Part shown: positions 38,430 through 52,700 of the stretch, piece by piece
How positions within the stretch are numbered: the stretch's first letter is position 1
Layout of the letters: every line of letters starts with the position of its first letter
Source of the DNA: Perna viridis
Taxonomy: Eukaryota
Length of the DNA stretch: 64,000 bases
NCBI GenBank assembly: GCA_037379345.1
Contig: CM074511.1
Location: 42,290,862-42,354,861 of the forward strand
Direction of reading: 5' to 3'
Notes under the pieces: model-generated
Database searches by the model: none
The model's input: the letters and a program-made list of their open reading frames with translations, nothing else
What the model was told of the DNA's origin: nothing
Position numbers and translations under genes: made by a program

Positions 38430-41400
38430 CATAATAAAAAGATTGCAGATTCTGAAATATACCGGTCTGTATGATAATTACTGGCCACATCAGGATCCTT
38501 GATGGTTTTCTCCGGAAAATACTTCAGTATAAACCGTTTCCATCGGAAATACCTGTACCAAATCAGGACCATTGTGGTTATTTTTTTCAACTTTTCGGTT
38601 TTTAAACCATCTTTTTGACAATTGCCTAGATCTAATCAGTACGGTAATTTGGATTATTACCCCCTTTTTACATACATGGACACGTCTCTAATGGATGATG
38701 GGTCACTTAAAACTAACTAAATATTATTACACATCAGTGCGATTTGTATTGATGTACTAGTATATGTTCAGTGAAAGAAGCTCCGCCACGACTAAAGTCT
38801 TAAGATGTCATCTCAGAATATATTTCGAAAGTCAGCCAAAAGTATTGTTGGCCATAATGACAACCAAAATAATATCATTGGAATAATGTGGTATTAAACT
38901 GGTCTTGCAAACAATGCTTTATTTTCTCTCTTCTGTTTTTTATTTGCATTACACCATTCAGGAACATTAATGTAAATTGAATGTCAATTTAGTATCCATT
39001 AAGCCGGCCAAGTATGAAAAGGAGACTACGTATGTATTAACCGCAATTTGAAGATTTGGGAAAATACACAATATAGAAAGTAATTTTCGGCGTCTTCATT
39101 AGACATTGTTTAATATTCTACTTATAGACCCAAAGTAATTGCCAAATACTAGATTCATTGTCAAAATCGAAGTTTGACTCATGGTTAGTCGACATTGATA
39201 CTTGATTATATGGCATATAATGGTGTTAAAAATGTACAACACTCCATTTGTATTGTAAATCACCCCAAATCACAGTTATTTATGCTTTAAATAACTCAAT
39301 CACTTACTAGGAACAATTTAGAGACATCAATCATAGTCCAAAGACATTGCCAAAATGTAAACATAGGAAACATGGACGAACCACATAAATAATAAAGATA
39401 ACTAAGACAAGCCAACAATAAAAAAAATGATAAAAAAAGAGAAAAACATCAGGTACTCTTGAAGGGTTAGCATATCCTGCTCCTACATCAGATAAGCCAC
39501 ATTGACAGTTAGTATCCAGTAAGCGTCAAATTAGGTTCAATAAGTACCGTATAACTTTAATAGCGTAGATAAATAAGGCTGAACATACCCCGTCTTAGAG
39601 ACTAATTTGACAGTGTGCTGACTCTAAAGAAAAATCGGGTGTACAAATCATATGCACGACAGTAAGAACTTTGAAATGTATACAACGTAGGCTGGTGTGT
39701 TGGAATATTGCCATTTAAAAAAAAATCACGTTGTCATAAAGTTTCTATTTTCAAAAGTCCTGTGCCAAACTGTGTCACATAAATGTGTTTGTTTACGGCG
39801 ATGTACATGCAAATTAATGAAATAAAATTAATAAAATACATTTTTTGATCAAAAAAATTAATTTGTTCTTAGAAAATACATGTATGAAGATGTTAGGACT
39901 AAGTTTTCCATGACATGGATGTAACTTCTCTTTTCAATCACAATCTCTCACTGTGATACTTAAAACTTTCCGAACAACATCCATGAATATGATATGAATA
40001 TTTAGATATATTTAAAACATTTAGTTTTTGTTACAAAATGTCTGAGTGAGAGTATGTTTGATTAATTATTTATTTACTATTTTAAGTTTTCCGATTTATA
40101 AATCGTATTATGCATTCAAACAGAAGCAAAAAAGGTGAGAATACACTTCTCTTTAAAAAAAAAAGAATTTGTAAAAAGGAAGAAAACGTTTAATGAATTT
40201 AGATTTTGATCAAAGTTTGAAAATTATTGGGAAAGCGTGTAATTTGTGATTTTTATTTTATACTGCAGCTGGCCTCTTTCTTGGGAAGTATGTGGAATAT
40301 ACAGGAAACACCTCAAAGAGCATGGATTCTTAGTAATATTGTAATTGTTGAATAAATATTCATTCCTTTGTTAAAAATTCTTGATAAAAAAGAAGAAACA
40401 CAATAATCGAGTTTCGTCTCTAAATCTCTACTACACTTGGCAAACATAACCAGATAATATTAATGAAAAATGTTTATTTTTTTTTCGTTCATAATCATAA
40501 ATTCTTCACACTTACACATCTGCATGCATTCAACAATATAAACATTACCCACGTTTCGTTACAGACCATAATTATACAAATGCTTTGACACTTCGACCGT
40601 TTTCGCAATGTAAATCACAAAAACACACTTCATACTTCAAGACTAAAGTAATATATTAAAAGTTTTTTCCAATCAGAACTTCCTTTTCTTTGAAATATTG
40701 ATGTTACAAAGATAATTTAGTAATTAAATTAATTGAATTGGTAAATTTCTTTCCTGATGGTACATCAAAAACACTAACCTGACTGGGTTCTATGGTAGTC
40801 TTTCGTTGAAGAAAATATTTCATTTCAACATATACACTCAAGCAAATATTACATACTTAAATCCAGCCATTCCTTACATATCCCTTTACTTACATATACA
40901 CTTAAACTACAGTTGAATAATTGATTCTTAACGATCATATATTCAGTCATAATCTCAATAACATATAACATATTCATATTCACAAACATGAATCTACAGT
41001 ACATATATGGAAATTATAAATTCAACACACAAATAAACAATACTTTGGAATTGGCTATAGTTGAATTGAAGATATGAAATTGAAAATAAACTAAAGTTGT
41101 AACCTTTTCAGAACTGTTTTGAATTATTATCTGTCATCAGTTTTGCTTGTGAAACATTATTGTGAAGTTGACAAAATGAGCTGTTTGTTTGCATTCGAAT
41201 ACTCCAATTGATAAAACTTTTGAATTTAAAATGCTTAAAGAAAAGACAAAGTATCCAACTCAGAAGTATGAAAATTGAAAAAAAAAACAAAACATGTCAG
41301 TATGTTGTTGATAATTACCTATCTAAATGTCAACGCAAAAAGATCGTTTGAACAACACTGCACAGTCAATTACAACAGTAGTTCACGCTGTTACAGGTTT

Positions 41401-43501
41401 ACTACAACTCTCTTGTTGGTACATTTAGAATAATTAAGGTTGGTGCATTATTTCTTTCGGCTAATATGGGGACAATTTCACCACAAATTGAACTGCAGAC
41501 AATCATGCATGTCTTACTTTTTAAGGCAGAGCATGCCTTTGATATGAGGAAGTTAAATTAATTTTATATTAAATTGAATTAAAAAAAACTGGCCTGACCT
41601 TTACTGTCCTGTGCTGCCAATTCTGCAGAAGACGACAAAATAATCAAACACATAAGATTCACTTGATTCGGTCCACTCATTTACAGTTTAAATCATCTAT
41701 TGTGTATTGATTGCTATTGTCCCTCTATTGCCCAGCATGTCAATTTGAATAGAGTTCACCTTTTAATATATGGGGACATCTCAAAACATTATCTCAAATT
41801 ATTTGGCACTCTGCAAAATTTATAAAAACAAACAGCACAGCAAAGTCAAGTTAAGATTTTAATACTTTAAAACAGAAAAGGAACTTCAATTTTGATAATC
41901 TATGTCAGCCATGATTAAAATCATTCCCAAGGGCACGGGTTTGTTTGTAGTCGGGGGGAAAATTGTGATGAAATAAGTCCCATATTCTTCAAAAGGTAAA
42001 ATTAACCGAATCACAGCAACTGTCTTCTTGTTTTAGGGAAAATAATAATTGATACAGTAAGTAAAGCAAACCATCAAAAACGTATACAGCAAGTCAAGTC
42101 AAACACAGGCTTCTTGTTTTACAGTTATAACAGTCAATACCAAAACCGTTTTGTTACGAAGAATAAAGTCAGTTTTATCCGCTGTCTTCCAGGTACAAAA
42201 CTTAATTTGATGTATAGAAAGTGAAGATAAACAAAAAGGTTTAGGTTGCTTTTGCAGTGAGTAAAGTAATTCCTTCAAAATGTACAGCCATTCCTGCAAA
42301 AAGTACAATCATTCGTACAAGTACTGTCATTTTCAACAGCTGTCCTTACAGTAAGCAAGTACGGTCAATCAAAACAGCTGTTTTAACAAAAGTACAGTAT
42401 TTTTTGTTATTTTGTTATTTTTTAACAATTGTCTTTTCTTACTAACCAGACAAAGTAAACAATTGAAACGATCACTCACCAAATTACATTAGCTTGACTA
42501 TACCTATTAAATTACCTGAGACGAAATTAAAATTGATTTCCATAATAAATCAAGAAATGAAAAATGAATAACATGAACTTTTTTTAATGAGCTTATGAAA
42601 AAAAGATGTAACATAACACATCATCGACAAAGGAATGAATGAATTCTTAATTCGCTTTAAATGCAATTGTCATCTCTAAAAAGATACTAAAATAATATCT
42701 TTATATAAAATTATTAGCAAAAAAACTAATTAATTTCCTTGAGAAACTACATTTTCAATGAAAAATTAACAAAAATTGTATGCCCTTTACGATTAAATTC
42801 TTTGTTAAGATTGAAAAAAAAGAATATGTCAAAAATTACGACACTCGTTCTTGGTTTCTCATTCATTTAAACTAATTGCATTTCGTTGTTAAGCATCGCG
42901 GTCATTCTAACAGCAATGGTATGTACAAAATAAAAAAAAAACAATCTCAAATAGCACCACAACGTGAAAACAAAAAACTATGGGACTATGAAAATGAATA
43001 AATAATATTATCACAGTACCTTTTGAAGGCGAAATGTCACTATAGGTGTATATCTAATGAGTTTAAAGTAACATGTGTTACACATTGTATGTAAATATAT
43101 ATATATACAGTGACATGGCAAGATGAACCCATGAAAATGGTCAACTTCAACCGGAATTCAAATGTCGAATATTTATGTTACATTCACTGGTAATTACTAA
43201 TATCTGTTGTCAATAAATAAATATCATATACCATTCTAGCGGTTCTTTTTTTCTTACTCGACAGCATGTTTTACTCCCATGTGCATTAGCAACCATACTT
43301 TTTTTTCGTTTTTACCCCACAAACGTTGGTTTGTTTCAGTCATGACAATTGATAAAACATTTAAATGTTTGAAAGTCCTATGAAGTTCCACGCTTAAACT
43401 TTCATACATGAGATCATGTTGACTGACTGTTGCTCCGAACTGAATGAATGTTCCTGAAGTTTCATTTGTTCAAAGACATCTCATTCAGCTTCATATCGCC
43501 A

Positions 43502-43707
43502 TCATCTATTTGTATACAGTAAAACAAACACAAACGTTAATAGCAGAGTGATACCACTATTTATTGTATGTTTCGAGGTACCGTTAGACCCTGCATCGAT
43601 GATGACTGCACTGGCACCCGCAGGATCAGAATTACTAGACGAACCAATGTTCCTGTCTGATGTAATACCACTAGGAATAGCTGGGGGTAAGTATGTGCTA
43701 CATTGAT
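43502..43707 (-). CDS. Cys-rich gene last coding exon (stalk plus GPI-signal-like tail)
   Basis: ttgtag acceptor; DQCSTYLPP...NSGITLLLTFVFVLLYTNR*, TGA at 43504-43502. Confidence 0.87.
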
Positions 43708-46700
43708 CTACAATTCAAAGCAAAATAATGTGTAACTCAGTGTAACATTGATTTCATTTCGATTTTTACGTTAGCTTATATTTTTATTTAGTATTGTGAT
43801 TTGGTGTTTTAAAAGTATGAACCACGAAAATAATAATGCTAAATTGTCCGCCGTTGTGATACAAAACAGTTTGCGTTAGTGCATACAAGATGTCTTCATT
43901 GTTAAATCACAGTAGGCAGAACTAACATTGTAATATTGGAATGATTACACAGAAAACACAACACAAGCATTGTTTAACATTATGAATTACCACGTTTGTC
44001 CAAGAAATAATTGTCAAAAGAAACATGCTGTCTTAGTATTGCCAACGATCATGCCAAACATTTTTGTTAAATATAGGTAATGCAGTCTAAACTATGTCTG
44101 TAAAAATAATAAATTTGCCGATAAAACACCTTGTCAAGTATTTTTTTATTATTTGTTCTCCAGCAAATAGTTTTGCAAACGCAAAGCCATCATTTCATGA
44201 ACATTTTAATGGCTTACCTGCTGGCTTCAACAAAGAATAATTAATTCTTCTGTTTGCAGTGGTAGATAACCTATTTCTACATAATTCATCTTCATGTACA
44301 TCAATTCCATTAGATGTCTCACTGTAGACCTGAATCCCAAAATATACAGTAAATCTCAGGCATGTTCTAGCAGATGAAGTTTCTGTTTTCATATTGTTAA
44401 CCGGGTGTGAGAATGTTAACAAACATCAGCTCATCAAGCACAGAACAATATTTTATACCTGATGAGTACAGGATAGTCAAATTTAAAATTTATAATCACT
44501 GCGTTAACTTCCTGTTTAAAAAGGTTTATCAATCATACTGCAGACAGTTACTTTTTAATAAAGTTTTTTTTTATTCAGCATTACATTATTTTGCGAAGGT
44601 TTCTTGCATTTTAGGGTTCAGAGGAACGTTGTATATAGTTATATTTAAGTAGTTTAGTTTCCGCTTATAGAATGGTTCTGTTTTAATAGGTTTAGGGACA
44701 TCAAAGAGTAAGTCATATCAAAAAGTACATTTTAAGAAATAAAGCATTGACTGTGTAAGTATACATATATTGCTATCAATTATTTCATTCAAAGCAAAAC
44801 ATCGCTTTGATCCCAAGCTAATATGATTTATATTCGTACCAGACATTTTGCAGGATTTCTACTACTTCCAGGGTGATGAGCTATCACATAATTTGATCTA
44901 CCTTCCTCCCAGCTAACTAAACACTGGTATATATCAACTGGAACACAAATATTATTACATAAGAAATACCATTTCAAAAACATATTTCAAAACTGCAAAA
45001 TCATTTTATTAAAAAAAAGAATTTATGAAGACGTGTAACATCAAAACTGTCAAAACTATGTGTCATATTGCTGAAGGAAGGAAAGTTTCTAAAAGATTTA
45101 TCTTATCTTCCCGTCAGCATCAGTTTTTAATTTTGCTAATTTTGAAAACATGCTTTTAATAAAGAATTTAAATGTTATACTAGACTAAACACTTTGTTGA
45201 TAAGACAGTCTGTTTAACAGCACAGCATGCAATAACATGTCCTCAAATCCCTTAAACTAAATATTTCTTGATGCGTTGGAAAGAATGATATTGAAGATCT
45301 AAAGGTTTTTAGGTTCGTTGGGTATATATATATAAAGATAGGAAACTATTATGCAGTTCCCAACAAAGTAGTTCGCAGAGATAAGTCCTTTGTTATCAAA
45401 GAATAAATATTGTATGTATTAAGAATACCACATCCTCGTAACAGCAATCAATACGAATTTGACATTTGAATTACCGAGAGTCTGATTTCAGTCTAACAGG
45501 AAGTTCCATTTCGTGGAACTATTCGGGCATTCTGGGTTTACAGAAAGGTAATTCTGAATGAGTAATAAGCGTGAGACTGGTGGTGACCTGGGTGGCTTAC
45601 ATGAATCATTGGTAGTGAAAATACTGGTCGTTAACCAGTAACATCTAAAGATCTAAACTAGTTTCGGATTTAAGTTGTTTATACGACTATAAGTAATTAG
45701 CAAATCCAGATACTTATATTTCCGTTTCCGGTGTGCTAAAGAATTGGGTCTTTCTGGCTTTAGGTGACACATTTCTTGGAACAGCAAAAATGTTACTTCC
45801 TATGACTCACGAACACATCTCTTTTCTTCCTCAAATTTTTAAGATTGAACATTACAATGTTGTAGTACTTGAAACATTTATTTACTGGTTGTATCAAAAT
45901 ACCGACCTGATCTTCTATTGGTTCTTGGACAAAAGTGTTGGATTTCTATTTCGTCACTAACTCTACATCCGCTGTTGTATTGTCCTTGACACTCCGTTGC
46001 AATGTCATTGAATTTAAAAGATCCAGGCTGAGGACAAGATGTCGATCTAGTATGTCTTCGTTTTTCTAAAATGACATGATGTTGATGCTATAATATGTTG
46101 CAGTCTTATCAGCCTCTATAACCATGCATAATTCAAATGTAATCAAAACAAGGACCTTATCAGACTATTAAAGTTCTAAAGAATCATAAAATATGTATGA
46201 AAAAAAAACCAAACATATCTTCACTTCAACAAGAAAATCAATAGTCTTTTAGTCAACCTACTTACTCAGAGTATGAAGTCATAAAAAATTGTCCAAGAGA
46301 AAAAAAATGTCAACAGAATTATTTATCAAGACTTACGTATCAATAGAAAATTTAAACCGGGATTGAATCGTCCATCATGACAGACATTATATTCCTCTTC
46401 TAGAGCTTCTCCTAAAACCAAAAATATGAGCATTCAATACCATGGGAATCCAGATAACAATCTAGTAACACCTGTGTAAGTGCAACACAAATTGCAGTGA
46501 TCCGGGGATTTTCCGTTCTCTAACGAGGCTCCGCCTATCTTGCATGGGAAAACTTTGCATTTGATTCATTATCTCATTTTGAGTAGTTCTCCAATTATTA
46601 TGTCGGTCAAAAGCTCTATAGAACTTGTGTATATTATTATATATTTCATGCCAACTTTAAATAAAACTTATTCATTTATTGTTTAGTTATTTATTTAGTT

Positions 46701-49700
46701 GACCAGTGATAGGTCGAAACCAGATCACTGAAAGCAGCCACTGGGTGAGCAAACTGCACGAATAATCAATCATGGAATTTAGGAAACTGTTAGACACCAA
46801 TGGATGAGACAGGACTGTTAACGGACTCTTTATTGTAATATACAAGACTTTTACGGGTTCTATAATCTCGACCCATCATTTCGCACAGCTAAAAATAGGA
46901 ACTTTCTTCTCTCTTTAGTAAAAAAAAATTTTTCTAAAAGACAATCGACATTTTCCTTACAGGCTGTTATTTTCTACCCAGAACAAAAACGCAGTTTTAA
47001 GTACATAAAAGGAACGATGCCGTTGTTCTCATTGTAATAAAGTATCATATATACCTATTTGTAGTTCAACTACTTTACTGTGTCGCTTTGTCAGTCTCAC
47101 ACATCTGTATTTGGAGGTGCTGGAAGATGAATTGAATATATAAATATAAAATCATCATTTTTGCTAAATAAAGTTTCGTACCACCATTTATTCCATGAAG
47201 CAGATTGGTGTTCTTAGAGTCTTGATAAAACAAAAACATAATATTAATTAGTATTTTAATTACAATGATGGACTAAAAAAACGCTGAAGTGAGCATTTTT
47301 TATTTCAGTTGTTAAAACAAGATAAGTGAAGTTTGCATTCTAACAGACTCAGTAGCACATTTATTTCATCGTCTCGTATGGATACACGAATGTTACTGCT
47401 GAAAGATTAATACATTGCACATAAAATTGCGTATCATCTGGAATAATTATGTCCTATATTTTCATTGATACTATTTGTCAGGCGGGAGTCGCTTCAAATT
47501 TCTTTGGTACTATCACTGTGTTTAAATATCACATATCAATTTAAGGAGGTAGACCTATGGTAAGGGACATAACTCATGAAATAAGTGATATGTTTGCATC
47601 ATATTCAATTTCACCAAAGCCTCTCTAGCTTTCGTTTAAAGCAAAATAAAATGAATCCAAGTTAATTAGATGCTTACTTAAGATTGTTGTAAAATTGTGA
47701 ATACAAACGTTCAAATGATTTTAAAGAGTTGTGTGTCCCTTATCCTAGGTCTACCTCGTTAAAAAAAACATCGAAGTACATCAACGGTCAATAAACTTAA
47801 AGAAAACAAACCAACCAAGTATCATCAGTTGAGTGCACGACAAATTGCTCAAAGTCGGTGTCTCCTGAACTACCGGCCTGGTTAATACATCTCAGCATTA
47901 GCCATGTGTCAGAACTAAAGTTGTCTTCATCAAATATATTGTTTTCCTGAGCATGTGTATCTTTTATGCGGAACATTTGTGATTCAACCTCCAGTTCGTA
48001 CTGTCCCGATAAGTCCCGCCATTTCTTGTGGTGAATGAAGAACTTTGAAAATGAACAATGTGGTAGTGGCCATCTGTAGTCGTAAGGATCTGTAAAAGAA
48101 CATAATAATGTGGTATGAAAAATAAAGAATTATTCAAATCGTTTTGATGATTACATCAAACGACTTCGCACTTTAGATGTTATCAGGAGTTGGTTCAGAA
48201 TGTGACAAATGATTAATATAGAAACAACAACAAAAACATTTTCGATATTTTCGCTGGGGTCAGAAAACCGCGAAAAATAGTACCCTCGAAATAGACTTTT
48301 AACACAATATAAAGTTAATCATTTTTTTTGAAGCGGCATAAATTGATACCCGAGAATATGTTCATTTGACAGAATCCGCCAAAAAATAGCAGACGCGAAA
48401 AATCATACGTTCACAACAAGTCTAGAAGCTTGGTTAAACGACCATAACTTGATGAAATTTAAAATTTCTATTAGTTTCAGATTAAATACCTATGAAATAG
48501 TGGAAATTTATACCTCCTGAAGTGAATCAGTTATTGTCCTTTAATCAAGGAAGACCAACTCTGTTCCCTGAAGTTAACTAACGTACTCGCTGTAAAAAAA
48601 TCGAATAATTACCCTTATCCAATTTCATTGTAGAAACCCCGACGGTTGGACTCTGAAGCCCCTGACACGTGGCATCAGCTGATATCGACATATCTCCTGA
48701 CATACTGAAGAAATTATGCATCTGAAAAACCATAATTAGAGTTAAATTACATCGAAAGTAAATTATAGAGCCTTGAGTAACTTCTATAACGTTTTGTTCA
48801 GTCAGAATAATTCGTCGACAAAACTGTAAATTTTCTTTTTAATGAAAAAGCTTGAGGGAACAACTCGGAAAAGCCTGTTATGGCTCTCCTTGAAACCGTG
48901 ATAATGGCACACATTTTTTGGCTTCATGTGTCATAAAAAATAAGGTAATTATTGAAATCAAGCACTTGTAGACAGGAGACGATATTCTAATTTTAGACCA
49001 TGAATGGTGTAGTGTCAATTTGATCTTTCTTGCATCAAATTACGTATCTTGAAATGAAATTTTCTCCAAAATGTATTATTAAATTAACTCCATTTCTTAC
49101 TATAACATACTTCATCACATTATCAATTACTAACATAATCATTTCTGTGTGAAAGTCTTGTCTTTGATGACATCCCAGAAAAGGAAAAAACATTTAATTT
49201 GTGTTAACGTACGTAGGAAGAGAAATTGTAATAAATAAGGTTTGAATTTCTCTTTTTACCATAAGGTGATCAATTATATATAGTCTTAAAATAAATTTTC
49301 ATATTTGCATTTTTCCTTTTTATGAAAATTTATAGTTTGAATCATCTTCCTAGATTTTGTCAAATTCTAAAATCCCCAAGTAAAAATAAAAAAACGGATA
49401 TGGATGACTAAACATTCGAGAATGAAATGCTTTGGTTGCAATTTTTAATCCAATTCTAAAGCCTTACCCCTACTTAACATTCAGTTAGTATTCTATAAAG
49501 GAAAAAAAAACTAGTACAGGCAGTCTTTGTTTCTTGAAATTTGAACATTAATTTCATATTTTTGGGAGTAGACGAAATATCCCAAATGTTAATCCCCACT
49601 GACCATATATTTTTCTATTTGAAAAGAAAATTGTGTCAAAAATTTGATAATTTGACAGGGGAGAATAATACAAAGGTTTATCAATGAACCCTTCCAGCTT

Positions 49701-52700
49701 CCGAAACAACAAAGGGAGCGCATATTTTTCAAGAACGTATTTGAATAATGCTTTTGATGACTCCTGTTGTTAAAATTCGAAAACACTTTATATGATGCAA
49801 AAGAAGACTAAAGGCGTCCCTTAATGTCAGAGACTTGAATAGTGTCTCTAAAACAGGATTAATTTTAAAGATAGATGAGTATAAATCTTAACATTAGTGT
49901 TTATTGCACACTCGCTACTTTTATAAGCATTTCCCATGGTAAAAAAAAACTGACAAAATCATTTATGGATTATTTTGTTCCAATGATTTAGTCTAGACAT
50001 TCGAAACAAGCGAACTGTTAGACAATGCATTAACAGTACTCTTTTCTTGTTTAAAGACTGAATGAATACATGTATAATTGTATGTCTAAACAACATGTTA
50101 TTCAAACTGATATGGCAAGATTATATGATACCAATCATCTCTAGAAGATCAAAAACATTTACATTAAAAATTTGAAAGCGAAAATTTCATAATTCATACA
50201 TGTACATAATTTAGTTCTAATTAGTGATTATATTATTTCCTCAAATTCAACATCATTACAAAAGTATTATCGATATAGAACAAAACCACAAAATTATATG
50301 TACTGGTACATGTATACTGGCAGACAGAAGATAAACGGTAAATAAGTTCAAACGCGTTGTTTTCCTGTGAATGAAAACAATAACTCGAAAACTACACGAT
50401 GACAAATATATTGGTAAAAACAGATAGCTTATCATTTTAGACTGTACATACAAAACAGCGGTATTCTTGTTCACGGCTGTGAAGTTGTGGACTTCTGAAC
50501 CTTCCGTATAGAAACTTTTCTCCATTCTCCCATGTAGCCAGGCACTGGAAATCTAATTCTGTAAGACAATAGTACAATATTACCTCAATGATTCTCAATA
50601 CATTTAACAGAAACATAAATGCATAAAAGCGTGACTGAAAGAATGTTTTTGATATAATTACTGAAATTTATTGATCTATATGTGGTAAAATGATTTTGAC
50701 AAAATATTTTTGTGATAAAAAGTCAGTTCATATAAATAGAGCTTAACAGAACCAGAATTGTCATTAACTATTTCATTCTCATTTCTAAAGCATATAATAC
50801 AAGAACAGACTGCTAATTTTAAGCGAAAAAACACTTATCTGAAATATCAATTTAATACCTTTATCACTTGTTTCAGGCATTCCCGGACATTTCCGGTATA
50901 CAAATTTAAATTTAGAATCATCAGCGCATGCTCTTATCTCCGACAAAGGAGACGAGCACTGCCTGTTGTGTGTCGTGCTGTTAGAATACTTAAAGGAATA
51001 ATATCCTTGGAATGGACATGGTACTGGTTTGCTTGGAACTGAAACAGAAAACAGAACGAAATTAGTTATACTTCGGAGGTAATCCGCCTTCCATGTAATA
51101 GGCAGAGCTCAATTATTGTGCATGCATACATATACTCAATTATCTTGTAAATTCAAAAGCATGTGCGATTCATTTCAATGTATGCTTGGGGACAGTACTG
51201 TTACCGAGCCCATTGTGCGCATTACTCTATTAAAACAATGTTGCTGAGCCCATGGCGCGCAATTCACTTTTACTGAGCCCATGGCGCCATGCTCTATCAA
51301 TGTACTGTTAATGATTCCATGCATTGTGGCCATATTCGTTTGACAATATATGGTAAGCATGGAGCTCGATGGGCAGAGAATCAGTGCAGTGATGAAGCAT
51401 AACGCACCATAAGCTCAGTACAATGTATACTGTGAATGGCACAAGATAAGCTCACGATGTAGAATGCAGTGATAAAAACTCATTGCGCGTCCTTGCTCTA
51501 TCAGAAATACAAAAACTTTCACTTATTAATTTATAGATAAACATTATATAAATCAGTTCAAAATAATTAAACAGCGCCTTTCCTTGTCATTGGCGCTCTT
51601 TATAGTCACTACATATAATAGGATACCGATTGAAAACACAATACACAATATGAGCATGGGCTAATAATTATCCCTTGAGGCAAAATATGAACATAAACTA
51701 TAATTATCATTCTCAATTACAAAATGGATCTGTTTAATACCAGTTTGATGGCATCATTATCATCTGTAATATTGGCGATGAAAATAAGGATTTAAAGAAT
51801 ATCTGCCAACCAATTATATCCGTGAATGGAGCATGCTATGCATAATAATTTCTTGATAATCATTTTAGTTAAAACCGTCAAAATTCGGTTATAAGAGTGA
51901 TAACAAATGACCAATATTGTAAGAGAGATTTATGAGGCTCGGTAAAACAATGTGTTTTTTTGTGTGTATAGACCCTTTTGTGCTAACTCTGAGATAGTCG
52001 ATGAGCATGCTCAATGCACACTTCCGCAAGGAAAATTCTTTGTTCTACCAAGCCCTACCTCGAGGAAGTGTATATTTAGCATGCTCATCAAGATCTATTA
52101 TTATTAATGTAAATAGATCGACTCATATCTATGAAGGGAAAAAATATTGCTAATTTTTGCAATGATTTATCAGTTAACAGATTTTATATATTAAAATTGT
52201 TATCTCTGGAAAACGTTATCAGAGTTTACAGTAATAATTTTGTTGATTTTGTTTTCTTTTACACTGAATATAAACAACATTAAGTTACGAATAAATGTCA
52301 TTAGCAATAATTCGGTTGTGAGAAATTTGTAAAAAAAAGTGAGAAAAGGTATGCTGGAAACTATAGACCCCTATTACCTTAATTCTGGCTGAAAAAGAAA
52401 ATTTAAGTTTAAAACGTTATGCATATTGAACTTTGAACTGTTTTCTGTAGTGCGTGTACCCACCTCCCCATCTGAGATCGACTACATTGTACAAACCTCT
52501 AACTATAGTATGCAATTGTGCTTCTCCGTGTATTCTGTTACATATTTTATCTATATCATTTTCTACAAAACAGTAACCTACAACAGAGAGAATATATAAA
52601 AACAGTAACCTACAACAGAGAGAATATATATATGTACCTAAGACGCAACTTCCATTTCGTTTTTAATTGTAATCCACTGAATTGAGCAAATCTAAATCAA

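Noticed and set aside
47305-47398. Alternative phase-2 acceptor giving CSNIRVSIRDDE...*
   Set aside because: Runs into a stop and lacks the family motif; exon 47119-47055 fits the frame and motif
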